Shown here: in pieces, positions 1 to 9,481 of the stretch | Numbering within the stretch: position 1 is the first letter of the stretch | Layout: each line of letters opens with the position of its first letter | Assembly (NCBI GenBank): GCA_041750285.1 | Contig: JBGSZS010000009.1 | Span: 116,910 to 180,909, forward strand | Direction of reading: 5' to 3' | Source of the DNA: Candidatus Fermentibacteraceae bacterium | GTDB lineage: Bacteria > Fermentibacterota > Fermentibacteria > Fermentibacterales > JCC-6 | DNA: 64,000 bases | Notes under the pieces: model-generated | The model's database searches: none | Told to the model about the DNA's origin: nothing | What the model saw: only the letters and a program-made list of their open reading frames with translations | Made by a program: the position numbers and the translations under genes

Positions 1-1233
1 CCACACCGGGAAGGGAACCCCGAAATACCTCTGCCTTGAGATGCACCAGTCCCACTTCAGGTTCTCAACCCAGTGGTCGTACCTGACCCTGAAATGGGAG
101 GGACGCCAGTCCACTTCCGCACCCCGCTTCAGAAGCTCTTCCTTCATGTCCAGTATCCTTATGAACCACTGCTGGTTCACGAGGTATTCGAGGGGTGTTC
201 CACACCGCTCATGAACATTCACCGGGTGGGTTATATCCTTGCCGCCCTTGGCGAAACCCTCTTGACCGAGTTTCTCGACAATGACCTGCCTGGCCTTCTT
301 CCAGAAAAGGCCCTGGAGGAACCCGGCCTTCTCGTTCATGTAGCCGCGCCTGTCAAGGATGATGCGGAGCTCGAGGCCGTAGTCCTGCCACCACTGGATG
401 TCGGTCGTGTCACCGAAGGTGCAGCACATCACCGCACCCGAACCCTTTTCCATGCTGACTGCAGGGTCGGACAGAACGGTCACCTCGCGGTCGAAGAGCG
501 GGACGCCGACCTTGCGGCCCAGAAGATGTCTGTAGCGGCCGTCGTCGGGGTTCACGAACACGGCCACGCATGCCGGCAGCAGTTCCGGCCGAGTGGTGGC
601 GATGGGTATGCTTTCCGAACCGCCGGCCAGGGGAAACAGAAGGTCATGGAAGAACCCTGGGATGTCCCTGTCTTCGGTCTCCGCCTGGGCTACAGCCGTG
701 CCGCACTCGGGGCACCAGAGGGTCGGTGATTCCTTCCTGTAGACCCTGTCCTTCCGTACCAGGTCGAGGAATGAACGCTGACTGAGCCTTTGCACCCACG
801 GATCGATGGTCGTGTAGAGAAGGCTCCAGTCGCAGCTGAAACCGAACCTGGTCCACAGGTCCCTGAACTGCTCCTCAGCGCCGGCGGTCACCTCGAGGCA
901 GAGCTTGACGAAATCGGCCCTGGACATGCCGGTGGCCTTGACCCCCTTCACCTTCTCGGTGAACCTTTCACTGGGAAGACCGTTGTCATCGAAACAGAAA
1001 GGGTAAAAGACAAGGTCTCCGAGCATCCGGCGGTACCGCGCAACGACCTCGGCCTGAACGTAGCTGAATACATGACCCATGTGGATCATGCCGCTCACCG
1101 TGGGCGGCGGAGTGTCTATGGAAAAGACGCGGCGGCCCGGGCAGGGGGTGTACCTGTAAATGCCGGTTTCGGCCCAGCTTTTCTGCAGCCGGGCTTCGAC
1201 TTCCCGGGGATCGTACCTTTTCGGCAGGGACAT
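1..1233 (-). CDS. valS: Valine--tRNA ligase, type 2 (archaeal-like); 3' part runs off the window
   Basis: Not in the ORF track (no stop in window). Manual translation from ATG at 1233: MSLPKRYDPREVE...FSIDTPPPTVSGMIHMGH (HIGH motif)...WDWCISRQRYFGVPFPVW at the window edge; AGGAGG RBS upstream. Confidence 0.93.
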   Translation of the reverse strand, partial: MSLPKRYDPREVEARLQKSWAETGIYRYTPCPGRRVFSIDTPPPTVSGMIHMGHVFSYVQAEVVARYRRMLGDLVFYPFCFDDNGLPSERFTEKVKGVKATGMSRADFVKLCLEVTAGAEEQFRDLWTRFGFSCDWSLLYTTIDPWVQRLSQRSFLDLVRKDRVYRKESPTLWCPECGTAVAQAETEDRDIPGFFHDLLFPLAGGSESIPIATTRPELLPACVAVFVNPDDGRYRHLLGRKVGVPLFDREVTVLSDPAVSMEKGSGAVMCCTFGDTTDIQWWQDYGLELRIILDRRGYMNEKAGFLQGLFWKKARQVIVEKLGQEGFAKGGKDITHPVNVHERCGTPLEYLVNQQWFIRILDMKEELLKRGAEVDWRPSHFRVRYDHWVENLKWDWCISRQRYFGVPFPVW

Positions 1234-1246
1234 GCCGGGGTGCCTC

Positions 1247-2614
1247 CTATTCCTCCCAGCCGCTTCTCATGAGCCGGGCCATTACTTCCACGATGTTGGA
1301 GATGTCAACCCTGATCTGGCCGAGGGAATCGCGGTCCCTCACGGTGACCTTCCCGTCTTCCGGACTGTCGAAATCAAAGGTTACGCAGTAGGGTGTGCCT
1401 ATCTCGTCGTTCCGTCTGTAGCGCTTGCCTATTGAACCGGTCACGTCGAACAGGACCGGCCAGTGTGGCCGAAGGGCTTCCAGAACATTCTCCGCACCCT
1501 CCGAGAGCTTCTTTGAAAGGGGCAGGACGGCCGCCTTCACGGGTGCCAGTTTCCTGTCGAGAGAGAGAACCACCCTCTCGCGGCCTTCGACCTCCTCGGT
1601 GCGGTAGGCGTCGAGGAGCACGGCGAGGAAGGTCCTTCCCACACCGCCCGACGTCTCCACCACATGGGGGATGTACTTCTCCCCCGAGATCGTGTCGTGG
1701 AAGCGCAGGTCCTTCCCCGAAGCCGTCATGTGGGCTTTGAGATCGTAGTCGGAGCGGTTGGCGATGCCCTCGAGCTCACCGAAACCGTCCCCCCCGGCAA
1801 AGGGGAAGCGGTACTCGATGTCGGTGCAGCCGGCGGCATAGTGGGCCAGCTCGCTCTCATCGTGCGCCCTGAGCCTCAGGTTGGCGCCTTTGATGCCAAG
1901 TGTTCCGGTGTACCACAGCAGCCTGCGGTCTATCCAGTAGCGGTACCATTTCCCGGCATCTTCAGGCCTTGTGAAGAACTCCATTTCCATCTGCTCGAAC
2001 TCGCGGCTGCGGAAGATGAAGTTCCTCACCGTTATCTCGTTGCGGAAGGCCTTGCCGGTCTGGGCGACTCCGAAGGGCACGACCATGCGTGTGGACGTGA
2101 CGATGTTCTGGAAATGGGTGAAGATGGACTGGCAGGTCTCGGGACGCAGGTACGCCACGGCACTGTCTTCCTCGACCGGACCCATGAATGTCTTGAACAT
2201 CAGGCCGAAATCCCTTGGCTCGGTGAGCTCGCCGCCGCACTCGGGGCATGAGTCGCCCTGGAGCTGATCGGCCCTGAACCGGCCCCGGCACTTCCTGCAG
2301 TCCACCAGGGGATCGTGGAAGTTCCTGAGGTGGCCCGATGCCTCCCAGACCCCCGGATGGGTGATAATGGCCGTGTCAACGCCCACCACGTCGTTCCGGG
2401 TGCGCACCATCTCGTTCCACCAGAGGTCGGTGATGTTCCGTTTCAGTTCAACGCCAAGCGGGCCGTAATCCCACGCGGACTGCAGACCGCCGTATATCTC
2501 GCCGGACTGGTACACGAAACCAAGCCTCTTGCACAGGCTTATGATGTCGCGCATCAGGTCGCGGCCGTCTTCCTGCGATTCGATTTCCGTTTCTCTTTCC
2601 TTGTCAGGTTGCAT
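1247..2614 (-). CDS. glyQS: Glycine--tRNA ligase, alpha2 dimeric type
   Basis: GEIYGG, YLRPETCQ, FRNEIT..FIFRSREFEQMEMEFF, ELEGIANR and anticodon-binding SIGKRYRRNDEIGTPYC motifs. Confidence 0.95.
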   Translation of the reverse strand: MQPDKERETEIESQEDGRDLMRDIISLCKRLGFVYQSGEIYGGLQSAWDYGPLGVELKRNITDLWWNEMVRTRNDVVGVDTAIITHPGVWEASGHLRNFHDPLVDCRKCRGRFRADQLQGDSCPECGGELTEPRDFGLMFKTFMGPVEEDSAVAYLRPETCQSIFTHFQNIVTSTRMVVPFGVAQTGKAFRNEITVRNFIFRSREFEQMEMEFFTRPEDAGKWYRYWIDRRLLWYTGTLGIKGANLRLRAHDESELAHYAAGCTDIEYRFPFAGGDGFGELEGIANRSDYDLKAHMTASGKDLRFHDTISGEKYIPHVVETSGGVGRTFLAVLLDAYRTEEVEGRERVVLSLDRKLAPVKAAVLPLSKKLSEGAENVLEALRPHWPVLFDVTGSIGKRYRRNDEIGTPYCVTFDFDSPEDGKVTVRDRDSLGQIRVDISNIVEVMARLMRSGWEE

Positions 2615-3356
2615 CGAGCATGTCCTCCATGATTCGAAGGGCCTTCAGGGGAAGCCTCTTCTCAAGGTGGGTTTCGGTGTATTCCCTGAGAAGGTCAAGG
2701 CACTGCCGGAACCCGCCGGGCCACAACCTGACCTTCACGACTTTATCAAGGGGCGTTCCGGCGGATTTCGCCAGAAAACCCAGAAGCCCCGGTGACACGG
2801 TCTCACTTCCCGGCGCACACCCCGAACACACAACCCCCCCCGCGGATGGGTTCCAGCGGGGCGGAACGGGTTCGGTCCTGCCGCACAGTGCACAGGACTC
2901 GATCTGCATCCCGTGCCCGGAAAGCGCCAGAAGCCTCTGGATACCGCCGCAAAGCACCGGCATTGGAGATGCCCCGCCCTCCAGCAGACTGAACACGTTG
3001 TCCAGCAGATGGTAGACCGGCTCTGAAGGCTCGTTGCCGTAGCTCACCACCGACAGCAGCCACTCGGAAAACACGGCCGCGGCGGCGAAAGCCCGTGGAT
3101 CCTCACGAAGACCTTCACGGTGTGCCAGCACGGATGCCTCGATGACAGTATCCAGTTCGCGCCCCTCCCTTCGGGAGAGGCAGAACTCCCCTTCACTGAA
3201 GAGCTCGACCTTGCCCAGAAGGCTGCCCTTCGGACGAAGGCAACCCCTGGCCATGCCGCTGGCCCTTCCCAGATCAAGGGAATACAGGGTAAGTATAAGC
3301 GATGATTCGCTCCAGCGTACCCTTCTCAGTACGAACGCCGGTGTTGTAAGCCTCAA
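2604..3356 (-). CDS. recO: DNA repair protein RecO
   Basis: N-terminal OB fold (VLRRVRWSESSLILTLYS..G), CxxC...CxxC zinc finger, typical position upstream of glyQS. Confidence 0.88.
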   Translation of the reverse strand: MRLTTPAFVLRRVRWSESSLILTLYSLDLGRASGMARGCLRPKGSLLGKVELFSEGEFCLSRREGRELDTVIEASVLAHREGLREDPRAFAAAAVFSEWLLSVVSYGNEPSEPVYHLLDNVFSLLEGGASPMPVLCGGIQRLLALSGHGMQIESCALCGRTEPVPPRWNPSAGGVVCSGCAPGSETVSPGLLGFLAKSAGTPLDKVVKVRLWPGGFRQCLDLLREYTETHLEKRLPLKALRIMEDMLDAT

Positions 3357-4594
3357 TCGGGCCTTTCCGACGGAGCGACCTTGAGAAGGAGGATCCGCTG
3401 AGCCCTGACCTTCTCGACCGTGAACACGTGTCCCTCAACGGTGACAGCCTCGCCGGGACGGGGGATGTGTCCCAGCCTGCGGTAGACCAGACCGGCCACG
3501 GTCTCGTAGTCGTCGTCCTCCTCGAAGGATGTGTCCAGAAGGTCGTTGAGGTCATCGACAGGAAGCCTTCCATCAACCCTGAACGCACCCCTGCCGAGAG
3601 AGAATGAAAGGGGAGATTCTGTGTCGTACTCGTCGCGTATCTCGCCGAACACCTCTTCCACCAGGTCCTCCATGGTTACTATGCCGGCAGTTCCCCCGTA
3701 CTCGTCCACCACGATGGCCATGTGGATGCGGTGCGCCTGGAACTCGCGGAACAGCTCGTCTATGCTCTTGTACTCGGGCACGAAATAGGCTTCCCGCAGG
3801 AGCTCCTTCATGTGAAACCCCTTGCCGCCTCCCGCAAGCACATCCAGGAGATCCTTGGTGTAAAGCACACCCTCGATGTCGTCGATCTTCTCACGATATA
3901 CGGGAATGCGCGAGTGGCCGGCCTTCCTTACCTTGTCCACCACGTCGGCGAGATCGTCGGAGAGCGGCAGCGATACCATGTCGATGCGGGGCACCATCAC
4001 CTCGCGGACGATCCTGTCGGAGAAGGAGAGGACCGAATCCACCATCTCCTGCTCCTTCTCGAGATCGCCTGCATCCCCCTTCTCGCGCCTCTGCTCGAGC
4101 CACATGATGTCGGGCGGCGTGAAGGCCCATTCTTCGGACACTGCTTCATCGGAACGGTTCCTGCCCAGGAAGAGCCCCGCCGGAAGGGTGAACACCACCC
4201 GGAGGACGAGCATGGGCAGTCTGAGAACACGCGCTGCCCTGTCCGGGTTGTTGTGGGCGAGCCACGCCGGAAGGACCTCGGACAGAAGGATGTAAGCCGC
4301 AAGAAGGACCGCCCAGCTCAGCGGGGCGAAATCACCGCCCGGGGCGCCCGCGAGCAGGGCACAGCCGGAACCTGCGAGCGTATGGCCCGCTACACGCGCA
4401 AGCCAGAGGATTCGAAGCCTTGAACCGGCTTCGCGGCGCCTCTGGGCAGGGTCGCGGCCCTGCTGTTCGACAAGTCCGGGCAGGGCCGCCCGTGCCGAGG
4501 AGGCGGCGGCAGTCAGCAACAGACCGGTCAGAAGGACGAGGAACTCCAAGGGAGTGGGGCTGATGTGAAGGCCGAAATCGAGGCTGGGGCTCAT
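3353..4594 (-). CDS. HlyC/CorC family CNNM-CBS-CorC protein
   Basis: VREVMVPRIDM, GHSRIPVY, HMAIVVDEYGGTAGIVTMEDLVEEVFGEIRDEYD; start chosen at ATG overlapping the ybeY stop (ATGA). Confidence 0.9.
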   Translation of the reverse strand: MSPSLDFGLHISPTPLEFLVLLTGLLLTAAASSARAALPGLVEQQGRDPAQRRREAGSRLRILWLARVAGHTLAGSGCALLAGAPGGDFAPLSWAVLLAAYILLSEVLPAWLAHNNPDRAARVLRLPMLVLRVVFTLPAGLFLGRNRSDEAVSEEWAFTPPDIMWLEQRREKGDAGDLEKEQEMVDSVLSFSDRIVREVMVPRIDMVSLPLSDDLADVVDKVRKAGHSRIPVYREKIDDIEGVLYTKDLLDVLAGGGKGFHMKELLREAYFVPEYKSIDELFREFQAHRIHMAIVVDEYGGTAGIVTMEDLVEEVFGEIRDEYDTESPLSFSLGRGAFRVDGRLPVDDLNDLLDTSFEEDDDYETVAGLVYRRLGHIPRPGEAVTVEGHVFTVEKVRAQRILLLKVAPSERPD

Positions 4595-4989
4595 TTCGAC
4601 ACACCGGCGAGGAATTCGGCGGTCAGTTGCTCCATCAGTTCCGCCTTTTCGGGGGTGTGATGGCTGAAACCCCTCAGGTGAAGCCATCCGTGGATGATGC
4701 GTTCAAGGACCTCGCTGAGGGGCGGAGCCATCCTGCCGTCAACGAAGATCGTTCCTTCGGGGGGACCTCCGGGATCCGACAGATCAAACGTGAGCACATC
4801 GGTGGGCCTGTCAAGCATTCTGAAACGCCTGTTGAGCATGCGCATCATTCCGGGGTCGCAAACCACCACCTCGATCCTGCCGTCGCCCTCCAGGATCGGT
4901 GCAAGCCTTTCGTGCAGGCTCTGAAGAACCGGATCTGGTTTCTCGAGAACGAATTCGATTATAAGGGACGAATGCCGGTCATACTCCAT
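4591..4989 (-). CDS. ybeY: rRNA maturation endoribonuclease YbeY
   Basis: LNRRFR..DRPTDVLTF and HGWLHLRGFSH (HxxxHxxxxxH) motifs; phoH-ybeY-corC context. Confidence 0.88.
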   Translation of the reverse strand: MEYDRHSSLIIEFVLEKPDPVLQSLHERLAPILEGDGRIEVVVCDPGMMRMLNRRFRMLDRPTDVLTFDLSDPGGPPEGTIFVDGRMAPPLSEVLERIIHGWLHLRGFSHHTPEKAELMEQLTAEFLAGVSK

Positions 4990-6991
4990 GGGGGTAGTTT
5001 TTCACCCTTTCATAGTCCGATTTGAGGAGTATGTCCAGAAACACGTGCCAGACATCCTCCTGCATCGACCTGGTCAAGCCGCAAAGGTCGTACTGACCTT
5101 CGGCGTCCTTCTCCTTTATGCTGCGCTTCACCGTTTCCGCAATCTCGCTCTTGCTCTTCAGCATCCTGGAAGCGCTGGAAGCCGAGTCGGCCGTCATCAC
5201 CAGCGCGGCCTCGATGCTCCTGGGTTTTGGCCCGGGATACCGGAAATCATCCTCGTCCACTGCCTCGTCTGGCGCCGCCTCTTTTCTGGCCTTGGCGAAG
5301 AAGCTCATCGTCAGACCTGTTCCGTGGTGTTCACGGATGATGTCGATCACCTCGGACGGCAGGTGGTGCTTCCGGGCAAGCTTGATCCCCTGCTGCACGT
5401 GGTCGATCACGAGGGCCGCGCTCTCCCGTGGGTCCATGTAGTCATGCGGGTTGTAATATGATTGATTCATCATGTTCTCGATGAACATCCCGGGCTGCTT
5501 CAGTTTTCCGATGTCGTGATAGAACCCGCCCATCCTTGCGACCTCGGTGTTGGCGCCCAGTTTGGTGGCTGCCGCGGCAGCCAGCTCGGCCACCTGCAGC
5601 GAATGGGTGTAGGTCCCCATGGCTTCCTCGCGCATCCTGACCCTGAGCGGATGGCCGTCGCTGAGGAGCCTGGCGTGAGTCAGTCTCGTTGTGACCCTGA
5701 AGGTCATCTCAATGGGGTGGACGAGTATCCTGGCGATCGCCAGGGAACCGAAGGGGACCACGAACAGCGTGACGATGACCGGTGCGTCGAAGGGGTAACC
5801 CGGGCCGATCCATGCCGTGTGCAGAGCCCAGTATACGAGCAGGCTTCCCGCCACGGATATCAGAAGGGAGAGTGACAGGTCACGCTCGGTGAGCTGTCTG
5901 AAGACCCCGGACGCAAACGCAGCTGGTACGGCAGACACAAGGAATGCCGTAAAGGGGCTTCCGCTTCCCAGCGCTGCCGCCGCACTGAAGATCATGGCGA
6001 GGAACCAGGCGTGGTACACCCCCGAGGAATCGAAAAAAACGGCGGTCATGCATGCGCCGAAAACGCTGAATGATATGACTTGAAGACGGGCTGAGCCGGC
6101 CATCTGCCACAGAAGGCCCGTTGCGGCAAGGGAGGCCATCCAGATGCTTCCCAGCAGAAGCACCCGCGACGGCGAGGTGAGAACCCTTCCCATGGCCCTT
6201 GCACCGTACATCACGGCAAGCAGCACCAGAAGCGCCGCGGGGACGAACCTCGCTCCGGTGCGAAGGGGGCCGGGATAGGAAAGGGAGCTGTTCATGGCGT
6301 CGAACACCCGGAAGAACTCTTCATCGGGAATGTCGCCCGGGGAAAGCAGGGTGTCGCCCGGGGCGAAGGAGTGTTCCACAACTGACACCCGCTCTTCCGC
6401 TGCATTCATTGCACTGTCACGGGGGGTTACCGCCAGACTCAGGTCCGGCAGAAGAAGTGCCGATATGCTCTCGGCGACAGCTGCTGAAAAAACGGGCAGC
6501 AGATCGCGGCTCAGGAACTCCCTGGCTTCCGCGACATCGGTGAAGCTCTCCCAGGTGCCCCGCACAAAGTTGTCGTCGTCAAGCTTCAGCAAAACCGAGT
6601 CGCTGGTGCTCAGCGCCCTGAGCCCGGTCTCGTCGATCAGGCCGCTTCCGTAATAGTCGTTGCGAAGTATCCCGGCCACGAAGATGGAATCGGCCCCGGC
6701 AAGTTCAAGGGCGTGCTGCAGGTCCTTGAGGGATGAATGCCGGACGCCCGGGAAACGAACAACGAAAACCGGGGCCGCCTCACGCGCAATGCTTCTCAGT
6801 GAATCTATGGTTTCAGCGCTGTACTCGAGCTCGAACCCGACAGGTGTAATGATGGCATCGGAAACAGGCTGGCCGAGAACGGGGTTGACGTCGGACAGCA
6901 CGGCCTTGCCGCCGAAAAGGGCGAACCAGATCACAAGGAAGCCCCCGGCCACGACGACCGCCATGCTCCGCCTGCCCCAGTTACCCGTCAT
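4979..6991 (-). CDS. 7TM-HD membrane phosphohydrolase (PgpH/YqfF-like, probable c-di-AMP phosphodiesterase)
   Basis: Extracellular domain, about 7 TM helices, then HD domain: GTYTHS, YHDIGK, HHG, FRYPGPKP, ADS. Confidence 0.85.
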   Translation of the reverse strand: MTGNWGRRSMAVVVAGGFLVIWFALFGGKAVLSDVNPVLGQPVSDAIITPVGFELEYSAETIDSLRSIAREAAPVFVVRFPGVRHSSLKDLQHALELAGADSIFVAGILRNDYYGSGLIDETGLRALSTSDSVLLKLDDDNFVRGTWESFTDVAEAREFLSRDLLPVFSAAVAESISALLLPDLSLAVTPRDSAMNAAEERVSVVEHSFAPGDTLLSPGDIPDEEFFRVFDAMNSSLSYPGPLRTGARFVPAALLVLLAVMYGARAMGRVLTSPSRVLLLGSIWMASLAATGLLWQMAGSARLQVISFSVFGACMTAVFFDSSGVYHAWFLAMIFSAAAALGSGSPFTAFLVSAVPAAFASGVFRQLTERDLSLSLLISVAGSLLVYWALHTAWIGPGYPFDAPVIVTLFVVPFGSLAIARILVHPIEMTFRVTTRLTHARLLSDGHPLRVRMREEAMGTYTHSLQVAELAAAAATKLGANTEVARMGGFYHDIGKLKQPGMFIENMMNQSYYNPHDYMDPRESAALVIDHVQQGIKLARKHHLPSEVIDIIREHHGTGLTMSFFAKARKEAAPDEAVDEDDFRYPGPKPRSIEAALVMTADSASSASRMLKSKSEIAETVKRSIKEKDAEGQYDLCGLTRSMQEDVWHVFLDILLKSDYERVKNYPHGV

Positions 6992-7925
6992 TTTCCTCCG
7001 CGCTCCCGAAGGCCTCGATTATCCTCTGAACCAGAGGGTGCCTCACCACGTCTTCCTTTTCAAGATAGATGAATGCCACGCCGGGGATCTGTCTCAGAAT
7101 CTTCTGAATCCGGACAAGACCCGAGGCGGACGATGGTTTCAGGTCAATCTGAGTAACATCGCCCGTCACGACCAGCCTGGACCCGTATCCCATTCTTGTG
7201 AGGAACATCTTGAGCTGTGTCAGCGTGGTGTTCTGCGCCTCATCGAGGATGACGAAGGAATTGTTGAGCGTGCGGCCCCTCATGTACGCCAGGGGCGCCA
7301 CCTCGATTATCCCGGCCTCCATGTTCCTTGCCGTTCCGGCCGGTGTGAGGGTGTCGTCGAGGGAGTCGTAGATGGGCCTCAGATAGGGATCGATCTTCTG
7401 CTGCAGGTCGCCGGGCAAAAAGCCCAGGTTTTCCCCCGCCTCGACCGCCGGTCGTGTCAGAATGATCCGTTCCACCCTTCCGTCCCGCAGGGCGCTCACG
7501 GCTGCGGCCACCGCCAGGAAAGTCTTTCCGGTGCCCGCCGGGCCGATGCTGAATACCAGTTCGTTCGTCAGCATGGCCTTGAGGTAATGCTCCTGACCGG
7601 GGGAGCGGGGAACTATCCTGCCGGACCTTCCAGGAACCTCCAGAACGATTCCGGCACCCTTCATCCCCGGAAACTCCAATGCCTTGGCCACGGCAGCCGA
7701 ACTCACCGACCCGCATGACCTCAGTTCCGAGACAAGCCTTTCGATGGTTGCCTGCGCCCTGTCCAGCGCCCTGGGGCTGCCGCTGAGAAGCAGGGTCGAG
7801 TCACGGAAGACCGCGCTTACGCCCAGTTCCCGGCAGATGTCCCGCAGGTGAACGTCGCCGGGGCCGAGGATGTGCCTGGCGTCTTCAGGTGGCAGCGGGA
7901 TGCGTCTGCCTGCGGCTGGCTTCAT
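6981..7925 (-). CDS. phoH: PhoH family ATPase
   Basis: GPAGTGKTFLA, RPAVEAGENLGFLPGD, APLAYMRGRTL, DEAQN, GDVTQIDL, VVRHPLV; start set at MKPAAG. Confidence 0.93.
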   Translation of the reverse strand: MKPAAGRRIPLPPEDARHILGPGDVHLRDICRELGVSAVFRDSTLLLSGSPRALDRAQATIERLVSELRSCGSVSSAAVAKALEFPGMKGAGIVLEVPGRSGRIVPRSPGQEHYLKAMLTNELVFSIGPAGTGKTFLAVAAAVSALRDGRVERIILTRPAVEAGENLGFLPGDLQQKIDPYLRPIYDSLDDTLTPAGTARNMEAGIIEVAPLAYMRGRTLNNSFVILDEAQNTTLTQLKMFLTRMGYGSRLVVTGDVTQIDLKPSSASGLVRIQKILRQIPGVAFIYLEKEDVVRHPLVQRIIEAFGSAEENDG

Positions 7926-7941
7926 GGGCGCTTCAAGTGAA

Positions 7942-7974
7942 CAGGCTCCCCGCCCGGATGGGACAGGGAGCCTG
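7942..7974 (-). terminator. Hairpin downstream of the LysM gene, possible intrinsic terminator
   Basis: CAGGCTCCC...GGGAGCCTG stem; weak U-tract. Confidence 0.5.
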
Positions 7975-7996
7975 AAACACGGTTCACTATCGCTGG

Positions 7997-8662
7997 TTAG
8001 CGGGTCATACCGCGGGTTGTGCCGCGGGGGATAGTGAGAACCTGGCCCGGGAAGATCAGGTTGGGGTCGCTGATCTTGTCGCGGTTGGCTTCGTAGAGCT
8101 GGGGCCACATGCCGCGTTCGCCGTAGACGATTCCGTAGCCCGAGATCTTGCCGAGGAAGTCGCCCTCGATGACGGTGTAGCTGGTGGCGTAGGGAACCGG
8201 TACGATGAGGGTGTGGCCGGCGTAGATCAGGTTGGGGTCGCTGATCGTGTCACGGTTGCGGTCGTAGATCTTGGGCCATTCGCTGCCGTTGTTGAAGTAG
8301 TAGTGGTAGCTTGCGATCTGCCAGAGGCACTCGCCCTCGACGATGAGGTGGGGAACACCGGAGCCGCGAAGGCGGGTGATCTCACCGCGGAGCCAGGAGA
8401 TGTCCTGGTTGAGCTGGTTCACGACGGCCTGGAGTTCATCCCTCTGTGCACGAAGCGGAAGGACTTTGGCTTCCCATTCGGCAACCTGGGCGTCGGCCTC
8501 GGCCTTGCGCCACTCCCAGTAGGCGATCTGCTGGGCGATGTTCTTGTTGCCCCAGGATTCGACTTCTTCCTGAGTAAGAACGGAGAGTTCATCTGCGGAC
8601 CAGGTACGGGCAAAGCCCACGGCCGCGACGAGGATCAGAGCTAATACGAAAAGATTACGCAT
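7997..8662 (-). CDS. Secreted coiled-coil protein with two LysM peptidoglycan-binding domains
   Basis: Signal peptide, heptad region, two repeats of V.EG..L..I...W..(I/L)Y..NRD.ISDPNLI..G..L.(V/I)P. Confidence 0.88.
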   Translation of the reverse strand: MRNLFVLALILVAAVGFARTWSADELSVLTQEEVESWGNKNIAQQIAYWEWRKAEADAQVAEWEAKVLPLRAQRDELQAVVNQLNQDISWLRGEITRLRGSGVPHLIVEGECLWQIASYHYYFNNGSEWPKIYDRNRDTISDPNLIYAGHTLIVPVPYATSYTVIEGDFLGKISGYGIVYGERGMWPQLYEANRDKISDPNLIFPGQVLTIPRGTTRGMTR

Positions 8663-8675
8663 TTCTCATCCCTTC

Positions 8676-8942
8676 CTAGCGGCCTGTCCCGCCGAGACTT
8701 TCGTACTCGGCCTGGAGTTCTGCCTTTTCCTGCTCGAGCTGCGGGATCTGCTGCTCAAGCTGAGGAATCTGCTGGTTCAGCTGCTCGTACTCGTTCTGCA
8801 GGCTGACAACCCTGGCTTCAGCGGCGAGTGCTGCTGAGCGGGCGTTGTCCCGGGCGCGGATCTGCTCCTGGCTCGGGCCGCAGGCGGTGAGCAGCAGGGA
8901 TACGGCAAGAATCACAAGGCAAATGCTGCGAGTCCTGACCAT
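8676..8942 (-). CDS. Small coiled-coil lipoprotein
   Basis: GGAGG RBS, lipobox LTAC, Q/E-rich heptads with a QQIPQLE repeat. Confidence 0.75.
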   Translation of the reverse strand: MVRTRSICLVILAVSLLLTACGPSQEQIRARDNARSAALAAEARVVSLQNEYEQLNQQIPQLEQQIPQLEQEKAELQAEYESLGGTGR

Positions 8943-9073
8943 CCCCGATACCTCCTTCCATTTGCGTTTGATTGTGTGCACTTGCTTCCCCTCGAACCCC
9001 CGAAGGGATTCATCCCCTGAATCGAAGAAACACTGAAAACTCTCTTGGGAACTGTACCCTAAAGCGGATGCAA

Positions 9074-9481
9074 TCAACTGTCAAGCTTGGTATCCTCTTT
9101 CCGATTTCCGGGCGGAGCGGTACCGGGTCGAAACTTCCCAATAATGGATAGATAACGAAAAAGGGCCAGAGAGGTCAACAGCCCTGCGGCGTCGGCCGAA
9201 AAGTCCAATATGTCGCAATACCTTCCGGGAACATAATGCTGATGCACTTCATCAAGGGCCGCCCAGAAAAGGCCTGAAAGGCTCGACCACAGGAGGGGTC
9301 TGTTCCGAAAGATGTCGCGGTTGAGGTGGAGGGCGAACCCGAGTCCCGCAAACTCAAGGAAGTGAAACACCTTGTCCTGGTGGGCAAAAAGCAGAAACGG
9401 CGGTTCGAGTGCCGGCTGATGACTCAGCCAAGCTATCGCGAACGCCACTGCCGCCAGGAAAAGACGCCTTGCCGTCAGCAC
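9074..9481 (-). CDS. VanZ family membrane protein
   Basis: DKVFHFLEFAGLG, DEVHQHYVPGR, D..AD motifs; GTG start overlapping the upstream stop. Confidence 0.82.
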   Translation of the reverse strand: MLTARRLFLAAVAFAIAWLSHQPALEPPFLLFAHQDKVFHFLEFAGLGFALHLNRDIFRNRPLLWSSLSGLFWAALDEVHQHYVPGRYCDILDFSADAAGLLTSLALFRYLSIIGKFRPGTAPPGNRKEDTKLDS

